This document shows, one piece after another, positions 1 through 13,439 of a stretch of DNA of 64,000 nt. Within the stretch, counting starts at the first letter, position 1. Each line of letters opens with the position of its first letter. Both the position numbers and the translations under genes were made by a program. The DNA comes from Moniliella sp. 'wahieum' (Eukaryota): positions 372,001 to 436,000 of the forward strand of contig RSEE01000042.1 of the NCBI GenBank assembly GCA_003971905.1, in the 5' to 3' direction. Under the pieces are notes generated by a model. It was not told where the DNA came from and ran no database searches. It saw only the letters and a program-made list of their open reading frames with translations.

Positions 1-3000
1 CCAAGGAACAGGTTCCTCCGATGCCTTGGAGGAAGGCGGCGGAGCCAGTGTAACCGACGCGGATGGAGAGTCGAGGTGTGGTGGTACATCCTCTGCCGAT
101 GGAGCCAGAGACGGAGTGGCAGAAGTTCGCTTGCGTTCCTGCGGTGGAAGTTCCGTACCAAGAGAAAAGGGACCTGGAAACGATGAATCGTCCATAAAAA
201 ACTTTCGCAACCTCTCCGCCCGCGACAAGCGGGCCGAATCGGCTACTGTACGTACTTGGGCACGACCTTGAGCAGATGGAGATCTTGAAAGTGGAACAGA
301 CAGGTCCCCCGAATTGACGGGGGTAGGTGGGGCAGAGGAAAAACTTTTCCTGCCATGAACCTTATTCGTTCCTGACAAGAGGCTCGTGGGCAGCCTCGGT
401 CCCCGGCGGCCCCACTTGGCAAACGTTTTGCCCTCTGTTTGAGACGTTCTGGACGATCTTCTCTCCTCTGCCGAGTTGGCAAAAGAACTGGCATTCTCAG
501 GAAAGGTGACATTGCTGCTGGCGCTGCTGGGCGCACGTCCTGTTGGAATACGGCTAAGACGGCTGTCGGAGCTGTCTGACCGGCCGCGAACGCCCAAGCC
601 AGATGCGGGGATGTACGGATGGAAGACCACTACTATCGTGGTGGGTACGCGCAGTAATGTTCAAGGTGCTTTGGGGGACGCTCCAGTCAACAGGTCCGTA
701 TATTTTGCTCCGTGCTCCGCAGTAGCTTGATGGAGACGACTGCTGCTCTGTTTGCAACTCGAACAACTGGGTCATCGCATCATGAATCTTCCCGAGATTT
801 GCGTCGACCTCACTGAGCAGAGGGATCAGGTCCGCGACACTCTGGGGGGCCAAAGTGAGCCCGTCATTTGCCAGGCCATCTTGCGCACAGACAAAAATCT
901 CATTAGCACCATCATAGAGATTCTGCTTGGCTTGAATGAAACGCTGAACGAGCATACGGGCATGCGCGGCACTCTTGGCAGACGGATCACGAGGTTCTTC
1001 CCCCCCGCTAGGTCCATCGTAGTCCAATCCGACAGCCAAGTCCACATCCTCTAGAAGGGTAAGGTATGTTCCCACGCGATAAAGCATCGTTCGGTCTTCT
1101 CGAGAAACATGTCGTACGAAGGTAAACCAGAGGGACTAAGATCCGATCCGCCTTCTGGCCCTTGCGCATCCACCAAGGCGCGGAGCTCGGCCACCTGCGC
1201 TCGCACATCGTTCTCCTGTGGGTGCAAAAACTGGGCGAGGTGAACAGAAAGCTCTTGGTTGGGTCGGCGGCTGAGATGAACGTGGCCGCGAGCCAGAAGG
1301 ATTTGGTGTCTGAAGCCAAGTCGAAAGGATTGGTGAAGGCGCCCATTGCCTCGGCGCGGAGACAATCCATCTCGTTGGCAGAGGGCAAGACGAACCCGCT
1401 GCCCCTCCATCCGGCTGCCGACCCACCACTGAGAGAATTCGGATCAATTCCCGCCGCACCATGAGAGCTGCGGAGAGAAGGGAGTACAGCCCGAGGCCAG
1501 GCCCGTCAGCACGAGCGGCGAGGACTAGACCCTTCGAGCATCGTATACTGATCCAGTTCAGCCGAAGTTCGACACGCCGTCTGCAAAAGCTCAGTTGTGC
1601 TGTCGGTAGCACCTCCTTTTGTTGAAGTATACGCGGATGACAGGGTCGCACGCCCGTAGGCAGCTCTCGCTGCTGTCCAAAGGATTCCACTGGGCCTCAA
1701 GGCGGCAGAGATAGATAAGTTTGTCCGAAGTGACCATGAGCCGAGCCAGGCATTGAAGGATGGCAGTGGCAGGAAGTGCGACGGTTCGGGGATATTGGCA
1801 CTGAGGCTCGAGGAAGGTCTCCTGCCGAGAGGAGGTGGATGCGGAGGATCCGCGGGCCTGCGACGACGGGGACGCGGCATCAAGGGGTCCGAGGTCAAAA
1901 TAAAGTCCCCTGGAGAATTCAGCAGGTTGTCCATCTCCTCCTCCGAAACTGGAAACACTCCTGAAGCATAGAGAAGCGAGCGGACCGCAGGCAAAAAAAC
2001 GGTCAAAACTCTCGTGCCATCGCCTGCTGATGATGTCGCCAGAAATTGAACTTTGGTCGAGATCGGTCACCACGCTGATAAGTCCAGGCAGGTGCCGAGC
2101 CATCGCGTCATGGGCCTCGTTAAGCTTGGCCATCGCTGTGTCGCCCGGTTCCAATTGAAACTGGAGTGCCAACGCCTCTTCAAGCTCGACTTGCAGACGT
2201 GGCGGGGCATCTCGGGGGATGGCAGTAAGAGAGGTCAAATTCGCAGCCAAAGTAGTGTTTCGTAATGGTCTTGGAGAAGATGAGGACACGCTGTCCACTT
2301 TGGCACCCAGTAGACAGGGGCAGGGGTTTTCCTGGCAGCTGGGACAAAGGTGACCCAAGCTCGGTCACACCTTGGCCAGCGCTTGGTAGCGGCTGCCACT
2401 GCACTCTCCGGTTGAAGGGTGATAATAGAAAAAGGCTGTCTCATCCTCGTTCACGCGCAACACCCACGGGTAAGGAGGCTTGGTCTGCACCATATCGATG
2501 GACAGATGTTGGATGCGATTCTCGGGGGGGTACATCGCCGAGGCCGCTCAAAGAAAGCGAGCCGGGCGCAAGCTGGGATTGGGACTCGGTACATCTTCGC
2601 TCCGACTTCGTCGATGGTGGGAAGCCGAGGGCAGAGGCGTCACCTAAGTATTGTCAGTACACCTGGCATAAGGATACATGCACACATGCGAGCAGAGCAG
2701 CGCTCACCTGAGGGGCGCTCCCACGGCGGGCGTTGGTGGGTGGCTGTTTGGCGGAGCGCCCGGTGGCGGGACGGATGGACTTGAAGCTGATTCCGGTTCG
2801 GAGGGAGCGAATGGGGTCTAGATGCTGCGAAAGCGTATGTGACGAAGCTTCATCATCAGGCAGCCGAACATTGGAAAAGGTCTGGCTGAGCGAGCTGCCC
2901 ATCGGGACGCCCGTCACGGTCGACGAGCTGTCAGACTCCTCGGCAACAGAAGAGACGGACTGCCCAACATGGAGTATTGTCTCATTGGGTGCGTTTGGAT

Positions 3001-3357
3001 GGCCGTCATCCACCTCTTCGTAATCACTGGCGGCGCCGAACGCGACTGGGTGGTTGACAGGGACAGGAGGGGACGAGAGAACGAGGTCGTCGTCCAGGTA
3101 GAGAGACTCGGCCTCGGAGCGCGAGAGAGGCTGGACGAAATTGCTGGGGAACCATCCGCGCACGGGTGTCTCATCGTCGTCCCCGAGCAGCAGGCCGTCC
3201 CACCATCCGGTGTCGAGCTGGTTAAGGACTTGGATGATGGCGTCTGGCGGAAGGAGAACGCGTTGGGGTCGGCGGCAGTATAGTCGTAGAGGGTGCGCAC
3301 AAAGAGCGGCTCGCCGGGCGAGGGTGGGTCGGGCGGATCGGGCGCAGTGGAGCGCAT
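1..3357 (-). CDS. SH3-domain protein, probably Cdc25/Sql2-type Ras guanine-nucleotide exchange factor (5' part; continues beyond left edge; frameshifted)
   Basis: N-terminal SH3 split over two frames: LFVRTLYDYTAADPNAFSF / DAIIQVLNQLDTGWWDGLL...VRGWFPSNFVQ. GTGAGC...CTGAC...TAG intron at about 2644-2707. Downstream helical segment LLEDVDLAVGLDYDG...RMLVQRFIQAKQNLYDG resembles basidiomycete Cdc25 N-terminal regions. The catalytic RasGEF domain is not in the window, so the family call is inference. Confidence 0.6.
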
Positions 3358-3492
3358 GTGGGGCGGGGTGGGGGGGGGGGGGGGGGGGAGGAGCGGGGAG
3401 GGCGGTGTTGAATACGGTGGTGAGTACGGTGGTGGATACGGTGGTGATTACCGTGTTGAATGCGATGTCGGATGGGACAAGTCGATGCAAGG

Positions 3493-3605
3493 GCGTGCTG
3501 CTGCGTGCTGCTGCGTGCTGCTGCGTGCTGCCTACGCCTACTGCCTACGCCTACTGCCTACGCCTACTGCCTACGCCTACTGCCTACGCCTACTGCCTAC
3601 TGCCA
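3493..3605. repeat. Compound minisatellite: (GCGTGCTGCT) about 4 copies followed by (GCCTACTGCCTAC) about 5 copies
   Basis: Tandem units read directly, upstream of the SH3 gene. Confidence 0.9.
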
Positions 3606-4869
3606 ACTGCGACCCACCGCGTCTGCCATGTCGATCGCATTCCGCGGCCGAGGGACGCGCCGGCCGTGTGCGAGCGGGGTGTGGCTCGGGGCCAGTGTGG
3701 CTGCCCACCCGCTACAATTGCAATTGCAATCGCAATTTCCAATCCCCAGTCCCCACTCGCCCGGGGCGATCCCAATCCCATCCCACACCACAGATGTCCC
3801 ATCTCACCCGCCCTTCCGCACGGGCCTGCCCAAGCCGAGCGGGAGCTACTAGCTACGGGGCATGGACACACCCCAGCCGCTTATCGACCCGATCGGTAGT
3901 GTCCATTCCGTCTTCGGTCCGCACGGAAAGGACTGTGGCTTTCAGATGCCCCTCCCAGATGCCCCTCCCCGATGCCCCCCTCGAACCCCCTCGAACCCCT
4001 TTCGAGGGGAACACATGTAGACGTTTTCTCAGCCCTCAGTCAACGGTCCGGTCACCTGTCACCTGTCACATGTCACATGCCACATGTCACCTGCCCGGGG
4101 GGAGCCCGTTGAGTTGAACGTTTGAACTACGGTGACCAAGTAGGGTAAAATGAGTGAACACCCGCCGCCATCACTGATGGTCGATGGATGAGTCGATGAG
4201 GTCCTCGGCCTCGTCTGCATCGATCATCGATCATCGATCACCATGCATCATGCATCATGCGTCATGATCTTTTTCCTGTCCTGCTCTGCTCATCGACACC
4301 GCTCATCTGAACTCGATCCGGGTCCGACCCCACCGCCCAACACGCAGCCCCGCTCCCGGTGCATCTGTCATATCGTCCGCAACCAGCCCCTAGCTCCCCA
4401 CCAAGTACTAACCCACGCGGCTCCCAGGATCTCACAGCCCCCCCAGCCAACTCTGCGGACCCGCGTATCTACCAACGACCCTCGCCTCATCCTCTTATTC
4501 GCACGCCCCTTGCCCGGTGCCATATCCCACCTCTTCGGACGTCAATGATTAATGAGCAGCTACAACTCAGACTATGCACAGAAGCTCAGTGGCAAAAACG
4601 AGGAATATCAACTGGATCTTCCCGGTCCAAGCGGCCAGAGGGTATAGGCCACCAAGGGTAGGGGCGGACAGGAGAAGAAGGGAAGCGTAGGAAAGGGGAA
4701 CCAAAAGCGAACAAAGAGATGGAGCAAAAACTTGAAAAACAAAAAGCAAAGATTTTAGGGGAATCAGACTGGACACTGGACCTCAGGCCTGGGCCTGAGA
4801 CGCCTCAAGCCCCGAGGGCTGCGACCGCCGTGATCGGTCATGTTGCGGTGACCGCCCTAAAGGAGGGCC

Positions 4870-7800
4870 CTACTTCTTGAATGGGTTATGCAGCCGAGAG
4901 CGACGCTTGCTGCCAAACACGCTGGCCGCGTCCGGGGAAACCGATCCGGAAGGGCTAGTATGCTCAGCTGGGGAGTCCGAGGGAGGCGGCGAGCCCAACT
5001 GCGGACTGCCATCGGGCCCTGGGGCTTCAACGGGGGAAGACTCCATCTCGTTCCCCTCCTCGTCCTTGTGCCCCACGCGACGGACAAAGCCAAACGCCTT
5101 GGATGGCGCTGAGAACGCCGTCTTGCCCACATGGCCCACCGCCTTGATTCCTGCCTTGCCCACTTGCCCGGGCACGGCAACCGCGCCAGGACTGTGGCCG
5201 CGCGACGCGAGGGGCACCCATGCCGCCCGCCAGGACAGAGAGCGAGCGTGACAGTGGGCTGGTTGTCGCCCGCACCTTCGCCCACGATGGGAATCGTCAC
5301 TGTCGACCGCTCCGTCGACACGGAAGAGAGGTCCAACTGTGCTTCTCCCAGCGGACCGCAGACCCGACTTGGTCCCAATCATTGAGTGTAATCACCACCG
5401 GCTGCGTCGCGCGCGACGCACCACCACACACCTCCTCCAGTGTCTCATTAAACTGGGTCCAGGGTCTTCTTGACCACCTTGGATTTGGCCACGCGCTCGC
5501 CATCGACGAGGATGCGAGCGTACGGGTCAGACGACTTGCCCCGGTCCGCGGCACGTAGGTGCGCCGAGAGATGAGGTGGACAGTGAGGTAGCCATGGTTG
5601 TCAAAGCGCTCCGCCGGGTCGAGGGTGAGTGGCAAGGGAATGTACTTGCAAATGAGCGTCACGCTGTTCCCCCTTCGCTTGCGCCACGTTTCCCCCGCCA
5701 CGGGGATGGTGACCGGCTTATTAAAGGTCTTGCTCAGCAGCTCCTGCGTCGAGCCCTCGTACTCGGCGTACACATCATCCGGATCTTCACTGATGCCCTT
5801 GCGGAAGCGAATAAAGAACCGCGATGGACCCAGCTCCCGAATCACCCGCTCATGCACATCATCTAACGTCAGCGTACCAGCCGACTTGGACGGCTCGGTC
5901 TGGTACGAAGGCCAAGACGATTCGTCAAACCAAAACTCAAAATCGAAGTTTTCTCCTTGTTGACCGTCGCAGAGAGCACATTGAAGGCAAGCATACCGCT
6001 CTTGGACTCCAGCAACTGAGGGAGAGTACGCGTCACGGGCTCAGGTTCAGGCTCCTTCACTTCCTCGGGCTCACCCTCGCCTTCCTTACCATTGGCCTTT
6101 CCATCACCTTCCTTGGGCTCCTTGGTATCTTTGGCTTGGGCAGCCGCATTCTCAGCCTTCGTAGCAACGGCCTCCTTGACCTCATCCTTAGGTGGGAGAG
6201 CCGGCTTCTCTTCCACTTTCTCTCCACCATGGGGCAAGGAAGTTGACGCCTTGCAGGTTCAGCGCAGGGATAAACTCCACATCGTACTCAACAGTGCCTT
6301 TGTACTGATGTTTGCCAACAGCAATCATTTCCTTGCGCTGTTGGCGACCAAGGGACTTGTACGGGTACTCATTCTCACTCTTGTTGTCTTCTGCCAGCTC
6401 GGTGACGGGAATCGTAACCATGCCCAAAGGACGGTGCTTACCATTGTTCTGGAAGTCTTGCAACTCCAGGACGACCGTGTCGGAAAGGCTGTGTACCGGA
6501 GAGTAAAGAATCTCGTTCCAAACAGGGTCAAGGTTACTTTCCTGGACGTTGGTACGATCCACAATGGCCCCACGGAAGCGAAGCTGGACATATGGATCGC
6601 TCTTGCCCCCAGAAATTGCCTCGACATTTTTGACATCCAGTGCACGCTTGGCCCAGACCTTCAGGGTACCGATGGGAGGTGTGAGCCCTCACCACCATTG
6701 GCCCCGCCAGTCATCGCCACGGGTTTCCAGAGCGTAGCCAAACGCACTTTGGCGCCCTTGCCCAAATCAAACCATTCCTGGTCGCTGGCCTTAGCCTGAA
6801 TCAAGTCTTGCAGTCGCTTGGTCACTTGTCCCACGACAACGCCCGAGCCCATATCTGAAGTGACGACCTGGATCGATACCTTGCTCATATCACGGTTGGT
6901 CGAAAGGAACTCCTTGGTGTATGCCCAGTGGGGGGTTGCCGTACGTTTTTGGAAGACGATTCGCCCACTGTCTTGCCATTAAGCAAAATCCGAACCCACG
7001 TTGAAGGTTCGCCCAGTCCACGCTTCGACAAGCCCTTGGCCTCATGCACCGACAGGCGCACAATTCCACTACGCGACTCGGGAATTGGTTCATCCTGGCC
7101 ATCGGGGCCCTTGGTAGCAGTGAGAACAGGGAAGTATTGAGAGAATAGTTGAGCGTGCCACGATACCGCGCCGCCCAACTGAACGGGAGAAGAAGGCCCT
7201 CGCGCTCGGGCTCCGTGTCAAGGCCATCAAGGGGGTAGGACACAATACCCAGCTTGGTATCCGGGCGGTGGTCATTGAAATCCATGAGATGAAGGGTAAG
7301 GAAACCATTGAGGTTACGGACCAGAGCATACTGCGTCTCCTTCCACGTCGGGGAGTTTGTCGAGGGGATCGTCTTGGTGCGTCCCTGTAATTCGCCATCG
7401 TCGATGCCCAACGCCACGTACGGATCGGGCTTTCCGCCACCAAACTTGGCGCCCTTAATGTCCGTCGCGTTAGCAATGGTGACCTGTACCACACCCGTAG
7501 CCGAGTCCAAGGTTGCCCCGCCAAAAGTTCTTCGACATTGAGAGAGAAGACATTGGGAGCATACACCATCGGACCAAGAATATTGTTGACTTGATCCTTG
7601 ATGAAGTTGGTGAGCCCAGGGAGGTTGTTGACGTCCCAACCAAACGTGTGGCCCCCAACCGGCTTCAACACATAATCGTAGTAAGGCGGCTCCAGCATGG
7701 TCACATCGACAATTTGCACGTGCGGGAAGTTTGTGACGAGCTTCAGACGCAAACGCAGGTAGCCGCTGAAAGTGAAGTCTTCAACATCAATAGGGAGGGT

Positions 7801-9130
7801 GACGAGAGCGCGTCCTTTACCAAGCTTGACAGAGATACGAATGCGGGGATTGACTGTTGGCAGACTGCCGCTCAGTCAGGTCAATATTGTCGTGAGGCGT
7901 AAAGCTAAACTTCCAGTCCATCAAAACCACATCGTCCGGAGTATCCGGGAATGTGCGAACATGGTTGACACGCGGCGGTTTTGAGCCAAGGGTAAACGTG
8001 GGACCTGGAGAATCCAAGTCAGTGTCTCCATACGCATGTGGCTTCTCAATGGGGATAATATACTTACAAACGAACCGAATCGATAAAGGGGTAGATACTG
8101 TGGGATCTGCTGTTCGGCCTGAGAAACCACGATGCCGCAAATGATGGGTTCAAAGATGGGCCAGAAACCGGGCGAGGAAGAAATTGGCCCATTCCATGGT
8201 TTCGAACTGGTCCTCCATCTTTTTGGACTGAAGTTCGCGTGTAATTGGTCACGGGCACGTTGGCGAGCGCGGCGCATACCTGCATTCCAGTAGACAGCCA
8301 AAAACCGCACCCACAGTCATCGCGCCGCAAAGACCGAGACCCAGACGTGTGGCCAGCCAGGAAAGAAAAAGAGTAGCCAAAGCGGCAGCCGCTTGGTACC
8401 ACCAAAAGCCGATGAATGTCTGGAACACCCGCGGTAACCAGGGTGGACTCCCACGACATTTGCTTGATCTCATCGTTTTCGACCTCGGCAAAACGTACGC
8501 GTGTCAGGACCCTCGCGAGGAGCTCCAATGTACTGGGCAAACTCATGGAGAGAGACTGCGCGTTGTCGGCCTTGGCGGGGGCAGTGCATCCTTACTATCG
8601 GTGCTAGGGGCACCTTTTGTGCTGGGCTGCGGTTGGGGTGGGGTAGCAGCGGCCGTTTTCAAAGCCAAGAGGAGGGTCAAGGTTAGCGCGTGTTGAATGC
8701 ACGCGCGCCTGTCCATCCAATGATCGCATCGGGGCGCACACCGCCGACAGTGGTGGTGGTCTGGGTCGCGTCGCCGGTGCCGTCCTGGCCTTCTGCTTGC
8801 TGATGCGCTGGATGTCGCGAGAGAAATGGTGGGGCGGGCGGGACGGGCGGCGGGGGCAATGTCGAGGGCAGGCCGGCCCGTCAGCCGGCTTGGGTTGCTT
8901 CTTGAGGGCACCGCCTTGGCGGCGGCAGCAGCGGCGACGGCGGCATCGGCCTGCGCCTCGGGCGATGCGTTCTGGTCCGGGGGTCTTGGGGATCGGCCAT
9001 GCTGGCAGAGGGAACACACGCGGTGGTGGTGGGGAGGGGTAAGGCCAGCACGGACGCGAGTGACCAGGAGTGTCGTCAGCGTCCGTCGCTGCGCCAGCCG
9101 AGGGAGCGGTGGGAGCGTCATCATGCTCAT
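4870..9130 (-). CDS. Tricalbin / extended-synaptotagmin (hydrophobic hairpin, SMP domain, multiple C2 domains); frameshifted
   Basis: SMP motifs FWPIFEPIIC, FTLGSKPPRVNHVRTFPDTPDDVVLMDWKFSFTP and MRLKLVTNFPHVQ. C2 motifs GVVQVTIANA...GGKPDPYV, SGIVRLSVHEAK, NLDPVWNEILY and NHGYLTVHL. Stop after SRLHNPFKK at 4870; start uncertain. Confidence 0.9.
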
Positions 9131-9824
9131 GCACAGGCATTACACCAGCCGCGGGCTGTGCTCAGGCTGAGCAGCACAGGGCAGCGCTGCGCTCTGCTGC
9201 GCTGCTGCGCCCTGGCCTCGAACTTCGCACCGCTCACACACAGCCCCGTGGCCCCCGCCCGTGCACGGTGCACAGCACGCAGCCCCCGCACGGGTGCGGT
9301 GTCCCCAGCACAAGCCAAGCGGCTGCACCGCCCCCCGCTCGCTGCTACATCACATGTGTCATCGGTGTCACATGTCCCGTGCCCGCTCTGGGCCAGAGCC
9401 CTGGGCCATGCATCGGCCATGCCGGCGCCCGCCCCTTGCAGCCGCTCGCAGCCCCTTGCAGCACCCTGCCCGTCTGTGACGCAACCGGCAGCCGATATCG
9501 GTCCCGCCACGCCGCCCGCCCAGGCGCAGCCCCAGACACAAGGCCAGTCGCAGGCGCCGCAGATGCGTGTCATGCATGTCACGTGCACGAGAATGCAAGC
9601 AGCAGCATTGGGCTTGGCCTTTCGCCTGGACCAAGTGGGCCAGGGGCATGACGTCGGAGCAGGCGGAGCAGGCCGGACGACGCACGTGGCACCACTCTCA
9701 ACGGGGATGTGCTGACGTCACGCCCCCCCGCCCGCGCTTCGTCCCGCCCGCCTCGGCCTGCCTCGCCTTCCCGCCGCGGCACGGAGGCGAGAAGCGAGCG
9801 TGCTGCGCCCCCTGCTCGCACGCG

Positions 9825-10519
9825 ATGGACGAGTTTGAGTCGGTTCTGTTTGTGGCACGCGAGTGCTTTGTGTACCGCATCCCGCCCCCGCGCCGCGTCC
9901 GCTGGCTACCGCGCCGCCGAGTGGGGCGACCTCGAGGCGTTTATCTGGAAGGGCCGTCTCCGCATCATTGCCAAGTCCGACACGTGCGAGATCCGCATGA
10001 GGACGCCAGCTTGGCGAGCCTTTTGCCAGCTCGCTTACGACGTGTCCGGATCCAGCGTCGAGGCGGTGCTCGATTCGTCCCGCTACTTTGTCCTGCGCGT
10101 CGAGAGCGTCGACCTGCCACCAGCAAAACCCGCAGGGCCTACATTGGCATGGGTCCAAGACCGCAGCGACGCGTTCGACTTTAACGTAGCGCTGCAGGAT
10201 TGGACCAAGCGCGTCAAGCGCCAGAAGGGCCGCTGCTGAGGCCGAACAGTGGGCACGCGAGCACCCCGACGAGGCGGCCAAACAGATCGAGGAGGAGGGC
10301 CCCTCGCCCCATATCCCGTCGGGACCCAAGCAAGACCTCTCTCTCAAGGAGGGCCAGACCTTCTCCATCAAACTGCCCGCACGCAAACGCGACGCCGACG
10401 AGGGCGGTAACTTGCTCTCCTTCGACGCCCCCCCGCCTGCTCGTCCCCAGACGGGCTCGGCTGGGTTTGGCGGGTTTGGCGGAGGATTGCTGCCTCCGCC
10501 ACCAAGTCGCAAGCGGTAA
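9825..10519 (+). CDS. NECAP (adaptin ear-binding coat-associated protein) homolog
   Basis: MDEFESVLFVARECFVYRIPP, GYRAAEWGDL..WKGRLRI, VEAVLDSSRYFVLRV, DRSDAFDFNVALQD, DLSLKEGQTFSIKL, C-terminal GGGLLPPPPSRKR*. Joined across several indels. Confidence 0.92.
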
Positions 10520-12976
10520 CCCGACTGCTCATACCCTCCCCCTTTGAGCCCGGTGATACGAAAGAGATCAAAAGGATGTTAACAGTACCTTTGCAAAAGA
10601 GAGACGGGTGATGCAGATGCAGGGGTGCTTTCACTGGGCATCAAGCTTCCAAGGAGGGAGAGGGGACTTGAGTTAGGGGCTGCCTCCCTTTCCCGCTCTC
10701 GAGCGGATTCGATCGTGTCAGTCTGTTTGACGCAATTTGGTGTAGCGTCGGAAGAAGGACACCGCACCTGCGTACACAGCTTTTCGACCAGACAAAGTAC
10801 GCGCAACCAGCAGGATGCTCCCTTGAATCCCGCAAGGCTACAGCAAGAATATGAAGGGATGCAGTATGATATGCAAGGTGCAGGAGGATATGCAAATGTC
10901 GGGGTAGAGCTTGCATTACTGGAAAACGAAGCGCGTCGGAAAGGGTTGAACGGCAGGAAGGAGACAGTCCTATTGGAACATTAATCGATGAAGAGATTGA
11001 AGCGATAGGTAACGACCTCGCAACACGACCCAGTCTTTAGTATTTGGGACTTGCGCGGACACCGCTTAAAAGTCCAGACCGCAGTGCTGGGTGAGGACAG
11101 TGTGGAAGAAAGAAGAATACAACTGTAAAGAATCAGCGATCACGTAGCCACATTCACCCCGTATGAACGGGGAAATCCACTCCTCGTGGTGTTTGGACTT
11201 ACAGAGGCTCACCGGCCATCGATGAGGTGGGCGTTTCCATGTTGTCTGCAAGAACCTGCAGTGTTGCCCATTGTCGACCACAGCGCCATTGGGAGAATGA
11301 AAAGGGGAACTCGATGCTGCCCTTTAGAAACCGGATACGGAGAAAGGCGGCTGTGGGGTTACAATCGGATGAAGAGGCAAAACCCCAATATACCCAAAAC
11401 GGAGGGTATTTTGCCGGAACAACGCCACATATACTCCAAATCAGATGAGAAGCGGTACGTGTTTGAGGAGTATAGTACTGAATCACGGTGTATACAATCG
11501 AGTATAACAATAGGGAACAGGCACACGTTGGCCATGTCGCAGTCCGAGAAACGAAGAAGCCAATCTTCACAGGTAAAGCATGTCCCTTGTTATTAGGGGG
11601 AACAGTGCGATCAGCTTCTCGCCATTACACAACAGGTATTAAGAGGTTCAGTCCAGTGACAACAATCATAAACTTCACGCCATGTTCGGCGACAAGTATC
11701 AGTACTCGTCCGGCCGCCCCACAGCACCCGCCAGCAAGATCTCAAAGGGCATGGTCCAAGGCCAATGAACATCGACTCACACCTTCGCCTTTTCACCATG
11801 ACCATGACCAAACGGGAGTTGAGGGAAGTATATAATAGTCATAGAAACGACAGTTCTCACTCCGGCCTCTCTCCTTCTGGGCGGTTTATTCCTCTTCGTG
11901 CACCGCATTCTTATTTTTTGGTACGCAACTTTGGTCTGCTTTGTGCCCGAAAGCCTCTTGAAGGAGTGTGGTTCATCTCCTTTCTTGAACCGTCCTCCAG
12001 TCCAGTCAGGAGAAAAAAAAACCTTGTGCAGTGCTCTAGCTTACAGAGAATGCGGAGTGGGGCCTGTTGGGGCCAGCTCTTATAGCCTGAAGCCATTGTG
12101 GCGCGGGTGGGCATTCAGTACATCTGTGAAAAGGATTTCGCTTACGAGATTATACTATAGCATAACAGCATCGACCAAGACAGAGATATGACGCCTCCGT
12201 CTCCATACAGAGAGGAAGTCTGACCACAAGGGTGTGGCAAAACGGGTATATACATAATACTCCAATTAAGTCCTGACAGCATGGGGCCACAAGGGTGTGG
12301 GGGGAGGGAATTGATGAGATACCCAAAGCTTGGATGACCCCCGGGCGGGCGGTCGATGCAATGGCACTGGTGATGATAATGGTCTACATGAACCAGCAAC
12401 CCCTATACGGAGGGACATATAACCAATCAAGCTCAGCTAGCTGTTGTTGCCGCCTTCGTGTCTCTGAACGTGTTGACTACGGAACAAAGAAGACTCCAGA
12501 TGTATAGTACTACTAAAAGAAAACGGCACACGGAGCTTTTATATATGGGCCTCACACACGGTGGGACTGAAGGAACCTTGGCCGAAAACGCATGAAGCTC
12601 ATGAAGCTCATGAAGAGGATCCTTAGTTTGTGTGGTACAAAAAAAAAACTGTTATTCATGACATGCAACAAGAGTGCCGTCAGTCCGGCCAATTGGTTAG
12701 GGGTTAGATACCGCGACCGTCGCCCCTAATGCCCAAGAGTCCCACAACTGGCCTAGTAATACTCATCGCAGGTACTAGTACTAACAGCCGCATTGTCTTG
12801 CATCGTGCATCACCATGCATTTTATGCGTCCAGCTTCAACACAGCAACGTCAGGGCACGTCGCAGCCGCAACGCAGACGACAGCAGCTCGCGCTCGCATC
12901 ACCCCGGCGCAGTCTATCGACACAACCGTAATCACTAAGCTGGCCTATTACATGTACAGAGGAACGCCAAAAAATT

Positions 12977-13062
12977 CTCTCCGACCGGGAATCGAACCCG
13001 GGTCTCGTCCGCACGCCTGTTCCCATGACAGGGACGTGTCATAGCCACTAAACTATCGGAGA
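12977..13062 (-). tRNA. tRNA-Asp(GTC) with 14-nt intron
   Basis: Minus strand: TCTCCGA-TA-GTTTAGTGGCTATGAC-A-CGTCC-CTGTCA-[TGGGAACAGGCGTG]-C-GGACG-AGAC-CCGGG-TTCGATT-CCCGG-TCGGAGA-G. Intron at the canonical 37/38 position; T-run follows. Confidence 0.95.
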
Positions 13063-13439
13063 CGTTACAAATCACTGTCGCCTTAATTTCATGTACTGGT
13101 AATGCAATTGAAAATGCCTCGTGAGGAAGAGTATCGCCCCTTCCGACGGATTGTATCTTTTGCCTCTTGTAAAAGAAGACAAGGTCTACAGATAGAAGGG
13201 GAAAGAGAGAGAAGGTGATGGATCTATTCCAAGAGAGGAGCCCGTTAGGGGCAGAAATAGGGGAGAGTCGGATAGAACAGCGCCATGTGCGATGTGTGAT
13301 CAGCTGCATGCATGAGGGCGCTGATACCTCTTTCCTCATTCTCAACGTTGCGTATACTGCATCCATATCATTGACAGAGCTTAAGGCTGGGACAGGGAAA
13401 CGCTACGCCTAACCCGACCGGTTCATCTTGTGTGAGTTA

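Noticed and set aside
10650..11800. Hydrophobic minus-strand fragments loosely resembling a STE3 pheromone receptor or other membrane protein
   Set aside because: Only vague similarity (YRF..., PAKYP/PSVLGIL) across shifting frames; no WCD motif and no adjacent CaaX pheromone ORF found.
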